Positions 44,220 to 54,383 of a DNA stretch of 64,000 nucleotides are shown here, piece by piece. The notes beneath the pieces are model-generated. The model was not told where the DNA came from. It worked only from the letters and a program-made list of their open reading frames with translations, and made no database searches. The translations under genes and the position numbers were made by a program. The stretch's first letter is position 1. Every line of letters starts with the position of its first letter. The stretch is taken from IMG/VR virus record IMGVR_UViG_2974778606_000001, positions 1 through 64,000 of that record. One strand, given 5' to 3'. The stretch comes from a virus. Taxonomy: Duplodnaviria > Caudoviricetes.

Positions 44220-47200
44220 GAATTCTTCTAAGAGACCTGACACCAGGAACAGATTACAACATTCAGCTTCGTGCGAATGACGGAACCAACGTCTCCGACT
44301 GGAGCCGTATTTTTCCACTTACCACCATTCAGGACACGCTAGCTCCAGCAGCCCCAACGGGGCTTACTTGGGTTGTCAACAGAACCGCATTTTCCGCCAA
44401 ATGGAACGCGGTTACTCAGAATGAGGATGCGAGCCCACTGGAAGACTTCTCTCACTATCTTGTGAAGATTCAGATTCCTGGCGGCTCATATGTCACTGTC
44501 AAGACGACCAACACTTTCTATGACCTGTCATTTGAGACCAATAAGGCTCTGTTCGGAACTCCACAGCCTTCTCTGGAATGCACGGTTTATGCTGTAGACC
44601 TCACTGGAAATGTCTCAGTTCCATCAAGCACCATTACTGCTACCAATCCACCACCACCTGACCCAACTGGAGTAGTTGCGGCCGGTATTGTGGGTGGCGT
44701 CAGCATGCGTTGGGATGTACAGACAATTGATGACCTGGCAGCATACGACGTGTACATGAGCACATCTGGTTCAGGGTTCACTCCAACTACTGCAAATAGA
44801 ATTTACAGCGGAACGGGTAACACGGTTGTCTACGACTCATCCTCTCTTGGTGTGACTCATTACTTCAAGATTCGCTCACGTGACGTATTCGATAGCATTT
44901 CAAATTACGTCACTGTATCAGCGACTCCAATTTCACCAACTGATGTAGACACAACTCCACCAGGCGTTCCAACTGGCCTAGCAGCAACGATGGCTGTAGA
45001 CACCAATGACTCTGCCTTTGCAACGGCAGCGGTTTCATGGACTGCTCCATCAGACACCGACCTTGCTGGATATGTTGTTAGATACAAGCAGAATGCAAGT
45101 AGCACCTACGACTACGTAAACGTCCCTGTAGGCACGACCTCAATTACTATTGGAGGTCTAGTTGTTGGTGTCCAGTACAATTTTTCAGTGCAGGCATTCG
45201 ACCGAAGCACAAACAGAAGTGCGTTCAGTTCAGCAGTAAATGCGACGGCAGCGAACACCGCTCCGTCTACTCCTGCTGCCCCAACTGCATCAGTCAACAC
45301 ATTGCAGATTCAGGTAAATCACGCAATGCAGAAGGCGACTTCTGGACGACTCGAAGCAGACGTTTCCTACCTTGAAGTACACGTAGGAACCACGTCTACA
45401 TTCACCGCAAGCGACTCTACGATGATTGGGCAATTGCAGGTCGAGCCAGGTAGCACCTTCGTTTCTGAAGTTTTCCCTATGGCTGTTACAGACACGACTC
45501 AGGCCCGTTGGGTTCGAGTCATTGCTGTTGACCGAGGTGGATTGAAGTCTTCTCAGTCTGCCGCTGCTGCTGTGACTGTTGGATTGATTTCTGACACGAA
45601 CATTGCCAACGCTACCATCACGTCTGCCAAGATTGCCAGCCTTGAGGCGAACAAGATTACAGCCGGTACTGGTATCATCAACGCATTGCTTATCAAGAAC
45701 TCTCTTACCGTCGATACTGGCGGTACCATCAAGAGCACCAACTATGCGGCCGGTAGCACTGGATACCAGCTATCCAACAATACCCTTGAAATCAATCAGG
45801 GTACAATTCGTGCTGCCGCCCTTCTATTGCAGGATGCTCCTAACATTGTTCTTCCTCAGTATGCAGATTTCGAATTCCAGTCAACCTGGTACACAGGAAA
45901 GACTGTCACATTCAATGATGGAGGAACGACCACTTGGGCAATCGCCACTGCTCCAGAAGTCACGCCAAAGTTTGGTACTCAGTGCCTTAAGCACACCTGG
46001 ACCGGTGGAGGAACATTCTCCCGAGTTTATCAGGGTTCAAGTTACACAGACTACAATGTCATTGTAGAGCCAAACACAGATTACATTGCATCAGTTTGGG
46101 TATTCAACCCAACTGGCTCCGGTGACAAGATGGTCGGCTTTGGTGTAAAGATGGGTGATGGTACAACTTATCCACAGCCTGGTGGAACTCCAATTGTTGT
46201 TGCTAATGGAACGTGGACTAGAATTTCCGGTACATTCAACACTGGTGCAAACAGCACTCTGATGACTTACATGAGCCTTTACAACGCTGGCTCTGTGTAC
46301 TTTGATGGAATTCAGATTGAACGCAAGCTAACCAGTGCAACGACAGCCTCTCCATGGAGAGCCCCAAGCACAACTTCCATTGATGGTGGAATTATCCGTA
46401 CTGGTGAAATTCGTTCCACCGCTTTGGCAAATGGCCTTTCAGGGCAGCCAGCATGGTCAATTAACATGACTGGTGGGGCCCAGTTTGGTGATGCCACAGT
46501 TCGAGGACGCATTGTAGTTGGTGACCCAACCAATCCAACTGCCGATGGTGTGAACAGCCGAATTCACTCAGCTAATTATGTGGCCGGTACGAGTGGATGG
46601 ATTATCCGTAATGATGGATATGCTGAATTCCGTAACCTTGCTGTCAACTCAATCAAGGTAACAGCCCTTGACGCTCCAATGCAGAACAACACCTATGCGA
46701 AGCTATTTGACTACATGCAGGATGGCAATCTATGGCTTTCTCATGGTGCAGTTATTCAGAAGACTGACCCTGGTGCTTACTCTGCTGAATCTCTATTCGA
46801 ATTCACCGGTTCAGGTTTGGTTCTTCGTAATGCTGTTGGTGTTACCAAGGTTGCTTATGACCCAACAATTCTATACCGTATTTCTGCTCGTATTCGTGCA
46901 TTCTCTGTAGGAACACTTAACAGCAATAGCACATTCGAAGCTGGCAATACAACAGGATGGACGACTGATGCAAGCGGAGTGACGCTTGCAGCAAGCACGG
47001 ATTACGCATCCAGTGGAACTTATTCCATGAAGATGACATCAAATGCAACGGGTACGCCTTATCGTGCCTGGACTCTGGTAAATGTTAAGGAAGGATACTC
47101 TTACGCAATCAATGCCAGAATTAAGGCAATGATTCAGGCAGCTTACTACAATGCATCAAACGCAGGAAACATTGAACTTCGAGTTACATGGCTATCTGGT

Positions 47201-50200
47201 GGCTCATATATGAGTGAAGAAGTTCAACTTCTTTCTCCACCAACTGACAGTAATGGAACAATGCTCACAGCGCCTACTGATTGGTTCTCTGTTGGTGGCA
47301 CCTTTGTTGCCCCTGCTGGTGCTACTCAGGCAAACTTCTTTATTCGTCTAGCGCGTTATGACAGCGTTGCTGCTGGTACTGTTATTGGATATATAGATGA
47401 TGTAACAGTAACTACTCCACCACGTATTAAGGTTGGTCTGTTTGGATTCGACAATTCCAATAACATCATCGACTGGGATTATGTCGATGACGCAACCACG
47501 CCTACAAAGAAGCATCCGATGCCAACCGATTACAGTCTTCTTTCTGGATATGCAGCCAATCAGTACATGATGGTTCAGAACAATTCAGAAGTTCAGATTG
47601 CAACCGGTAGCTCTGGCACGACTGCTGACTGGATTACTGTAACTGGATATGTTCGTGGTCGAGGTGGAGCCGGTGCAACGGGTGTCCTTGGTACTCAAGG
47701 AGAGCGTCAAGACCCATACAACCCAGCTTCTCTGAATCAGTCTGTACGCTATCTGGTTCCTTATGTGGAATGGGATGTAGCAACTGGTTCAAAGGCCCAA
47801 CTTGACCAGTTTTCCATCGAGGCTTATGAGAATGGTGCTCCTGCAAAGGTTGCAACCACTGACATCAATGGTCAGAAGGCGGTTTCTGTTGAGAATATTC
47901 AGGGTTCCATATTTGACCACGCAATCAGATTCTACACTGGCGAGCCAGATGAACAGTACCCTGGAATGATTGGTCACGTAATGGACGGAGACTGGAATGA
48001 CGCTTCTCATATCAGAATCTCTCCTCCTCTCATCAACAAGGACTCTGACTACGGTGGTGTATACATTGGCGTCTACGACCGCAATCCGAACTACATCTAC
48101 GATGCCACATTCGAAGATGGTATTACTGGATGGACCGGAATGGCAAATACCACCCTGTCTCATGAAACCACAGTTGGTAGAGAAGATACGAACTCACTGA
48201 AGATTCTTGCGACTGGTACAATCTCAAACCCAGCAACCACAGAACTTCTCGGTAAGTATTCAGTATCAACTCTGACCAACCAGGAACTCGTTGGTCAGAA
48301 GGTATCTGTTAGTGGTTATGCAATGATGGGAACCGCGACCGGTAGAAACGTGCGCCTTGTCGTCAAGTTCATGGATGAAGCAGGAGCAATGATTACTGGA
48401 TACTTCGTCGAGAAGGCAGTAACAAACACTGCTTGGACAAGCTACTCATTCGTCTCTCCAATCGTCATCCCAGACACCTGTTACTCTGTTGAATTCTCAT
48501 TCTCATGGTTCAATGGTGCAACTGGCGACATTGTATATGTCGACGACGTTCAGCTTGAGATGGGAACCAAGAGTGAATTCCGTACCGCGTCTGCAAGCAA
48601 GATTATGCTTCAGTCCGATTACGTAAAGAGCAATGGTGGAATCATCATTTCAAGTTCCGAGCTTGATTTGCCAGATAACGTCTGGGGAGCAACTGTTGGT
48701 GGTCGTCGTGATATGCCATTCTATCCTGGTGTAATCCTTCAGTCTGAAGGTGGAACCAGTGCATTCCGTTATGTAAACTACACAGATTCATCTGGTAACA
48801 GAGCGTCTACACAGGTCACTAACTTCTCTCCTTCAGGAACAGAAGAACACGGAATCAGATTCTATGGAATGAACGATTCAACGTATCCTGGTCGTTGGGT
48901 TCTAACAAATACTACTGGACAGTTTGTTATGTCTAGCTATGCTGACACTGGCGAAGACATGACGACTGCAAGGAATGTTCGTGTCTACGGCCATCTCGAT
49001 GTTGAGGGTGCCCCACCTTGGTCAGCACTGACTCTTGCATCTGGTACTCAGGCCGGTAGCACATATGACGTTTCTTGGTACTTGAACAATGAAACTGTTT
49101 ACCTACGTGGTGTTATCCAGTCCTATGCCGCACGAACGACTCTGTTCACGCTTCCTTCTGGAGGAAGGCCAGTCACCCCAGTTTGGCTATCTACCAACAC
49201 ATGGGACACTGCTGCTTCTACCAGCGTCTCTCCAGCGGTTCTTCGTGTAAACACAGATGGTACTGTTCAGGTTTATCAGGTTTCAACAGTTCGACCTTAC
49301 ATTACACTGGACGGACTAAGCTTCTCTGTAGCTCCAGAAGCAACAGCGCCACCTTCAAGCGGTGATACGACGGCTCCTGGAACTCCTACCGGATTCAAGA
49401 TTACACCATTGTCATCAAGTACCACAACTGGTACTTATCGTCTGAACTGGACTAACCCTTCAGCATCAGACACGGCCGGTGTCAAGATTATCTGGAGAAG
49501 CGACAGATATCCTACTGTAACCATTGCAGCAAGTGGTACCAAGACTCTGACCACAGATGGAAAAATCATTACCGTAACAGGTGCTGCAAGCGCTGCAAAG
49601 CAGTATGACCACTCAGGTCTACCAGTGAACAAGACCATCTATTACCGAGTTGTTTCCTACGATACAAGTGGAAACCACTCAACTTATGTGTCTGCTTCAC
49701 GATACCTGCTAGCTTCACCAATTACAGTGACTGCGAATTCATCAGACTCATACCGTCTTGGATATGGCGGTATGTGGAGAAACGACGGTGACGAAGTTTA
49801 TCAGGGTGACTGGTCAGGTAATGACAATCACAGAGGTATTTACTTGTACGGAACCAAGATTTACGACGCTCTGTCTGCTGGTGGTGTGGTAAGAACTCCG
49901 ACAAAGGCAACTATCTACCTCAAGAGACTGAGCACAGCTCATGGTAACAATACTGGAGTAGGAATCAACCTAAGAGGTCATGTCTACCAGACTAAGCCAT
50001 CTGGTGACCCTGTTGGTGGTATGACTAATGAAGGTTCAGACGGAGATGACATTGTATTCCTATCAAGAGGAGAAGCAGCTACAGTAACAATTCCATCAAG
50101 CTGGTATAACAATATTGTAGATTCAACTGCTGTGAATCGAATTGAAGGATTCGGTGTTTATGGAAGTGCTACAGGTGACTATGCAGTAATGTACGGAGTA

Positions 50201-50248
50201 AGTTCCGGTTCTTCTTACGGAAAGCTTACGCTCTACCACAAGGGCTGA
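44216..50248 (+). CDS. Large tail fiber / receptor-binding protein with FN3 and carbohydrate-binding-like modules
   Basis: Repeated DTxxPxxPTGL..W..Y FN3 units; FExG..GW...YxDDV CBM-like units. Confidence 0.8.
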   Translation: MRILLRDLTPGTDYNIQLRANDGTNVSDWSRIFPLTTIQDTLAPAAPTGLTWVVNRTAFSAKWNAVTQNEDASPLEDFSHYLVKIQIPGGSYVTVKTTNTFYDLSFETNKALFGTPQPSLECTVYAVDLTGNVSVPSSTITATNPPPPDPTGVVAAGIVGGVSMRWDVQTIDDLAAYDVYMSTSGSGFTPTTANRIYSGTGNTVVYDSSSLGVTHYFKIRSRDVFDSISNYVTVSATPISPTDVDTTPPGVPTGLAATMAVDTNDSAFATAAVSWTAPSDTDLAGYVVRYKQNASSTYDYVNVPVGTTSITIGGLVVGVQYNFSVQAFDRSTNRSAFSSAVNATAANTAPSTPAAPTASVNTLQIQVNHAMQKATSGRLEADVSYLEVHVGTTSTFTASDSTMIGQLQVEPGSTFVSEVFPMAVTDTTQARWVRVIAVDRGGLKSSQSAAAAVTVGLISDTNIANATITSAKIASLEANKITAGTGIINALLIKNSLTVDTGGTIKSTNYAAGSTGYQLSNNTLEINQGTIRAAALLLQDAPNIVLPQYADFEFQSTWYTGKTVTFNDGGTTTWAIATAPEVTPKFGTQCLKHTWTGGGTFSRVYQGSSYTDYNVIVEPNTDYIASVWVFNPTGSGDKMVGFGVKMGDGTTYPQPGGTPIVVANGTWTRISGTFNTGANSTLMTYMSLYNAGSVYFDGIQIERKLTSATTASPWRAPSTTSIDGGIIRTGEIRSTALANGLSGQPAWSINMTGGAQFGDATVRGRIVVGDPTNPTADGVNSRIHSANYVAGTSGWIIRNDGYAEFRNLAVNSIKVTALDAPMQNNTYAKLFDYMQDGNLWLSHGAVIQKTDPGAYSAESLFEFTGSGLVLRNAVGVTKVAYDPTILYRISARIRAFSVGTLNSNSTFEAGNTTGWTTDASGVTLAASTDYASSGTYSMKMTSNATGTPYRAWTLVNVKEGYSYAINARIKAMIQAAYYNASNAGNIELRVTWLSGGSYMSEEVQLLSPPTDSNGTMLTAPTDWFSVGGTFVAPAGATQANFFIRLARYDSVAAGTVIGYIDDVTVTTPPRIKVGLFGFDNSNNIIDWDYVDDATTPTKKHPMPTDYSLLSGYAANQYMMVQNNSEVQIATGSSGTTADWITVTGYVRGRGGAGATGVLGTQGERQDPYNPASLNQSVRYLVPYVEWDVATGSKAQLDQFSIEAYENGAPAKVATTDINGQKAVSVENIQGSIFDHAIRFYTGEPDEQYPGMIGHVMDGDWNDASHIRISPPLINKDSDYGGVYIGVYDRNPNYIYDATFEDGITGWTGMANTTLSHETTVGREDTNSLKILATGTISNPATTELLGKYSVSTLTNQELVGQKVSVSGYAMMGTATGRNVRLVVKFMDEAGAMITGYFVEKAVTNTAWTSYSFVSPIVIPDTCYSVEFSFSWFNGATGDIVYVDDVQLEMGTKSEFRTASASKIMLQSDYVKSNGGIIISSSELDLPDNVWGATVGGRRDMPFYPGVILQSEGGTSAFRYVNYTDSSGNRASTQVTNFSPSGTEEHGIRFYGMNDSTYPGRWVLTNTTGQFVMSSYADTGEDMTTARNVRVYGHLDVEGAPPWSALTLASGTQAGSTYDVSWYLNNETVYLRGVIQSYAARTTLFTLPSGGRPVTPVWLSTNTWDTAASTSVSPAVLRVNTDGTVQVYQVSTVRPYITLDGLSFSVAPEATAPPSSGDTTAPGTPTGFKITPLSSSTTTGTYRLNWTNPSASDTAGVKIIWRSDRYPTVTIAASGTKTLTTDGKIITVTGAASAAKQYDHSGLPVNKTIYYRVVSYDTSGNHSTYVSASRYLLASPITVTANSSDSYRLGYGGMWRNDGDEVYQGDWSGNDNHRGIYLYGTKIYDALSAGGVVRTPTKATIYLKRLSTAHGNNTGVGINLRGHVYQTKPSGDPVGGMTNEGSDGDDIVFLSRGEAATVTIPSSWYNNIVDSTAVNRIEGFGVYGSATGDYAVMYGVSSGSSYGKLTLYHKG

Positions 50249-50323
50249 CCTGAGCTTGACAGGTCAGCTCGGTATGAGCTAGAGTAGGATTACACTAGAG
50301 AAAAGAAAGAGAAAAATATATAA

Positions 50324-50551
50324 ATGAATCACAAAGATACTCTAAAAGTAATGGCTCTTAGAGAGAGAATTGCTGAGATTACTGCTGGATATGAAGATAA
50401 GATTGCAGACATCCGTGCAGACTTCACCCTTGCAGTAGAAGACCTTCAGTCTCAGATTAATAAGCTTGAAGAAGAGAAGAAGCTTCTGGAAGATGCTAAC
50501 GCTAGCTACCTTGAAAGGCTTGAGGGCAATGTGGTGGCGAAGGAGGGCTAA
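50324..50551 (+). CDS. Coiled-coil protein
   Basis: 75 aa heptad pattern. Confidence 0.7.
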   Translation: MNHKDTLKVMALRERIAEITAGYEDKIADIRADFTLAVEDLQSQINKLEEEKKLLEDANASYLERLEGNVVAKEG

Positions 50552-50969
50552 GCTGCCTCCAGTACCGACAGTCCCTGTAGATTACCCTACAGGGACTTGC
50601 GTACAGACGGAGAAGGGAGTATTCTTCATCAAGGGCAAGTTCAGGTTCAGAGTCACATCTGAGAGAATCCTGTCTAGCTGGCGCTACCCCTTTGTGATTC
50701 GTTCATCAGAGGCGGCTTGCGCCCGGTATCAGGTTGCTGGTAAGCTTGGATTCCGTCAAGGAACTTTGGTTAAGGATATGTCCAATGGTAAAATGTATCT
50801 GATATCAGAGAACCTTAGACGACAGATTGTTTCGCCAGACTTCTTTGATGTCATGCTATTTCCTCGTGAAGCGATGATTGAAGCTTCACCAGAAGAGATA
50901 GCCCTACATAAGGAAGGAGCGAACATAACTTGGCAATCACCCCCTACAAGCCTACAAGCTGGTCTCTAG
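50529..50969 (+). CDS. Hypothetical protein with internal duplication
   Basis: GTCVQT..G.FFI / GTLVKD..G.MYLI repeats. Confidence 0.65.
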   Translation: MWWRRRAKLPPVPTVPVDYPTGTCVQTEKGVFFIKGKFRFRVTSERILSSWRYPFVIRSSEAACARYQVAGKLGFRQGTLVKDMSNGKMYLISENLRRQIVSPDFFDVMLFPREAMIEASPEEIALHKEGANITWQSPPTSLQAGL

Positions 50970-51370
50970 GCGAACAGATTACTCGTGAGAAGCTGAATCA
51001 GATGACAGCCAATGACCAGTGGATTTTTGAGAATCAGCCTAACGCATTCTACAATGCGCATGGAATCAAGAAGACATCTGGTCTGAAGATTATGGCTGGC
51101 TATGTTTACATCAAGGGCGGAAAGGCCCGGCACTACGAGAAGGCTGTATACTTTGGTAACTTCTTCTCAGTAGGATGTAAGCCAGTCATCGTCACAGGAC
51201 AGGTCATTCAGAAGCAGTCTCGAATCCACTGTATCATCAGAGGACTCACAGGAGAATACTGGCCTGACCACAGAGGATTTACCGCTGTGGTAGACTCAGA
51301 CGAGCTAAGCTCAAAGTCTAACTATTTCCACTATGGCGTGAACGTTCAGTTCATTGCTGTTGGATACTGA
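50930..51370 (+). CDS. Tail-fiber-associated protein (putative)
   Basis: TSWSLGEQITREKLNQM, VQFIAVGY; AAGGAG RBS. Confidence 0.65.
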   Translation: MAITPYKPTSWSLGEQITREKLNQMTANDQWIFENQPNAFYNAHGIKKTSGLKIMAGYVYIKGGKARHYEKAVYFGNFFSVGCKPVIVTGQVIQKQSRIHCIIRGLTGEYWPDHRGFTAVVDSDELSSKSNYFHYGVNVQFIAVGY

Positions 51371-51666
51371 TGTATCGACCAATTCGAAATTGGCACAACC
51401 GAAAGAGAATGCTCTCAGAAGATGGTTATGTACTGGTGTTTGCACCAGAGCACCCAAAGAGCTTCAATGGCGGCTGGTACTACGAACATCGAATGGTATT
51501 CGAAGCGAAGCTAGGAAGACTACTCAAGAGTGACGAGACTGTTCATCATATTGGAATAAAGACAGACAACTCTCAGAGAAACTTGTTCCTCTGTTCGTGG
51601 GCAGAGCATGAGCGCCTGAATCGACAAGAGCACATGGCCTTGACACGTCGTCAGCGCCTGTGTTAG
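51370..51666 (+). CDS. HNH endonuclease (HNH_3-like)
   Basis: YEHRMVFEAKLGR...ETVHH...DNSQRNL. Confidence 0.8.
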   Translation: MYRPIRNWHNRKRMLSEDGYVLVFAPEHPKSFNGGWYYEHRMVFEAKLGRLLKSDETVHHIGIKTDNSQRNLFLCSWAEHERLNRQEHMALTRRQRLC

Positions 51667-51697
51667 GCTTGTCCGTACAACAACGAAAGGAACAAGC

Positions 51698-52453
51698 ATG
51701 TCCGATATGACATGGCTGTTTGTGTCTGACGTCCATTTCCCGAACCATGACAGGCGAATGCTTGACCTGTGGTTCGACGTGATGGATTATCTTAAGCCGG
51801 GAGCTATCGACCTGCTTGGAGATATTGACGACGCAGACGGCACGGGCCGGTGGGCAGAAGGAACTTCCCGAGAAGGCTTCTCCCAGAACGACCCTGGTGT
51901 CACAGGAACACGAGATTTCCTAGCGGAAATCCATGCCAAGGCACCTGATGCTGACAAGCATTTCTTCGATGGTAACCATGGTTGGCATCGGCACGTGAAA
52001 TGGCTGGACAAAAACAATCCTCAGTCTCTTGTGGACGGACTGTATACTCCAGAGAGCATCTACGGTGTTGCGGCCAACGGCTTCGTGTGGCACAATTACC
52101 TGGAACGACCAACTAAGCGATATGGTGACATTTATGCGCACCATGGAGTGAGCATTTCTCAGTACTCTGCTGAGTCTGTTCGCAACGATGTCAAGAAGTT
52201 CGAAGTCTCATTGATTCGTGGACATTCACATCGTCAGGGCTATTATGCTCACACAGCTCCACTGGAAGACCGCACTGTGCGTGGTTGGGAAATCGGCCAC
52301 ATGTGCGTACCTACTGGTCAGGACTATGACCTTTCTCCTGACTGGCAGGCAGGCTTCGCATATGGTGTAGTCTCTGGCGACGAGGTCTTTATTGACCTTG
52401 TGCCTGTAATCAACTACCGATGTAATATCGGTACGAAGGTATTCAACGGATAA
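51698..52453 (+). CDS. Calcineurin-like metallophosphoesterase
   Basis: SDVH, LGDIDD, GNH, HHG, GHSHR. Confidence 0.85.
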   Translation: MSDMTWLFVSDVHFPNHDRRMLDLWFDVMDYLKPGAIDLLGDIDDADGTGRWAEGTSREGFSQNDPGVTGTRDFLAEIHAKAPDADKHFFDGNHGWHRHVKWLDKNNPQSLVDGLYTPESIYGVAANGFVWHNYLERPTKRYGDIYAHHGVSISQYSAESVRNDVKKFEVSLIRGHSHRQGYYAHTAPLEDRTVRGWEIGHMCVPTGQDYDLSPDWQAGFAYGVVSGDEVFIDLVPVINYRCNIGTKVFNG

Positions 52454-52504
52454 AGATAAGACCTCCCATGCTATAATGAAAGAAAAAGCAAGGGAGGTTT
52501 AATC

Positions 52505-52756
52505 TTGAAGACCAGTAAGTTCTGGAAGGATGCTTTCGAGCGTGCTCTGAAGACTTTTGCTCAGGCAGCAGTCGCAGTTCTCGCTGTGGCAACTGGTGTG
52601 CTCGATGCTAATTGGGCACAGGCCATTTCTGTTGCTGGACTAGCAGGTGTCGTTTCTCTTCTCACATCCATAGCTTCTGCGGGTGTTGGTGATAAGGAGA
52701 GCGCATCCCTTGTTGTCGCAACAAAGGATAAGGTGCCAACAGTTGACACATACTAA
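52505..52756 (+). CDS. Holin (r1t-like)
   Basis: FWKDAFERALKTFAQA...SLLTSIAS. Confidence 0.85.
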   Translation: MKTSKFWKDAFERALKTFAQAAVAVLAVATGVLDANWAQAISVAGLAGVVSLLTSIASAGVGDKESASLVVATKDKVPTVDTY

Positions 52757-52922
52757 GTGTGGCGGAAGAGTGTTCATCGACAGAGTCTTTTCAGATAAGA
52801 CTCATCTAGAATTGGCCTGCATTGAGTGCGGGTCTCGATGGATGCTTGACAAAGCCAAGAACAAGCTTGCCAAGTGGCTAGTGCAGAGAGAAAAGAATCA
52901 CTCGGCACAGTTTGCTAGGTGA
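52743..52922 (+). CDS. Small zinc-ribbon protein
   Basis: HTKCGGRVFIDR...ACIECG; start uncertain. Confidence 0.55.
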   Translation: MTHTKCGGRVFIDRVFSDKTHLELACIECGSRWMLDKAKNKLAKWLVQREKNHSAQFAR

Positions 52923-52998
52923 AAGACAGGATGCTATACTCGACATAGCGCTCCCCTGCGTACGCAAGTGCGCAGGGGACATTATTGTTTGGAGACCA

Positions 52999-53520
52999 AT
53001 GGGAAAAGAAAAGAAGCCAAAGCAGAGAAAGCGACCGGCAGACAAGTATTTCTTTCTCGATGATGTCCCTCACAAGAAACTGCAAATTAATCGTGGGGCA
53101 GATACTCTGCTCGCATGGAATTACATTGAGCGCAAGAGAGTTCAATATGTCTGGTCGATTGTAAAGAGAAATATGACCAGGGCCTTTTATGGTTCTGAGG
53201 TTCAGAAAATGCTCGGCAGGCATAGAAACAGTCTGTACCTCTATACAAAAGAAGAGCAAATCAGGAAGCCATTCAGAACTTACACTCTGGATGGAGAGTT
53301 CCGACCAGGAATCTATCTCTGGTCAGAGAAGAACATTCTTGAATTGCACGAGCTTCTTGTGCAAAGAGGGTACGGAGCGAAGCGCAAAGATGGATTGCCA
53401 ACTGCGACACGCTTGCCTTCCAGAACCGAACTACTTGCCATGATGCGCAACGATGTGGTTCTATACACGAAGACCAGAGATGGCAACTTCACGCCAGTCT
53501 GGCAAGAAAATGATTGGTAG
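52999..53520 (+). CDS. Putative HTH DNA-binding protein
   Basis: FYGSEVQKMLGRHRNSLY...YLWSEKNI (MerR-like); GGAG RBS. Confidence 0.6.
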   Translation: MGKEKKPKQRKRPADKYFFLDDVPHKKLQINRGADTLLAWNYIERKRVQYVWSIVKRNMTRAFYGSEVQKMLGRHRNSLYLYTKEEQIRKPFRTYTLDGEFRPGIYLWSEKNILELHELLVQRGYGAKRKDGLPTATRLPSRTELLAMMRNDVVLYTKTRDGNFTPVWQENDW

Positions 53521-53525
53521 GTCAG

Positions 53526-53825
53526 ATGGCTACAGCTAAATATACTCCATTTGGAGACACACTTAATCCAGCAGTTGCAATTATTCAGGCTGCGAACGCT
53601 CTTGATGTCGCTGCTCGATTTGCGGTGGAGACCAAAGACTCTAGGGCTCTTACAGAGATTGCCAGGTCATGGGTTGAAATCAGTGGTCGGCTGGGGTACG
53701 ATGACGAAGAAGAGGGCGACGATGAACCAGAAGATGTTGAGCGTCGCTCATTTGGTTTCTCAGTAACGAGTGATATCGAAGAAAAGGATGAGGAGGAAGA
53801 AATTGTCTCAGTCAGTGAGTGCTGA
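53526..53825 (+). CDS. Hypothetical acidic protein
   Basis: MATAKYTPF... Confidence 0.65.
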   Translation: MATAKYTPFGDTLNPAVAIIQAANALDVAARFAVETKDSRALTEIARSWVEISGRLGYDDEEEGDDEPEDVERRSFGFSVTSDIEEKDEEEEIVSVSEC

Positions 53826-54021
53826 AATCGGAATTACAAAGAATCTAGGTAATTTCGAAAACGTAAGGGTCACCATTGGACTTGAGGACTATGTTCGAAA
53901 TGGTGAGACATTCGACCAGGCGTATGCCAGGGTGTTTGCTAAGGTAGAAGACAAGCTGGCCGACGAGATTGCCCGAGTCGTAAAGGAACTTACGGGTAAG
54001 GAGATTTCAGAGCTAGGATGA
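53803..54021 (+). CDS. Hypothetical phage protein
   Basis: GITKNLGNFENVRV motif; GAGGAG RBS. Confidence 0.7.
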   Translation: MSQSVSAEIGITKNLGNFENVRVTIGLEDYVRNGETFDQAYARVFAKVEDKLADEIARVVKELTGKEISELG

Positions 54022-54383
54022 CCAGGAAGCAGAAGAGTCCAAGGGCGAAGGCATTCGAGCTTATTGGCGTCTACAAAAAGCTCTATCGTGAGAAGTACGG
54101 CAGACTCCCCCTGATGAATAGCAATGCTCTACAGTGGGGTTTCATGGCTGCTATTGATGACTTGGAGTACGGTAACGCAAGGAAAGCGCTCGAATACTTC
54201 TTCACTTGTGAGTCTCCTGGTCATGATGTTCAGGTGTTCCTGAACAAGTATGATAAGCTTCACGAAAACAGGCTCAGGGTAGAAGAGGACGCCCGGAAGC
54301 GAGTAGAACGTCTACGCAAGACAGCAGCTCTAGTAGCTGCACTAGACAAAAAGAATGAGGAGGCAGTAAGTGGCGAGCACTGA
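54018..54383 (+). CDS. Hypothetical protein (possible helicase loader)
   Basis: Directly upstream of helicase. Confidence 0.6.
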   Translation: MTRKQKSPRAKAFELIGVYKKLYREKYGRLPLMNSNALQWGFMAAIDDLEYGNARKALEYFFTCESPGHDVQVFLNKYDKLHENRLRVEEDARKRVERLRKTAALVAALDKKNEEAVSGEH

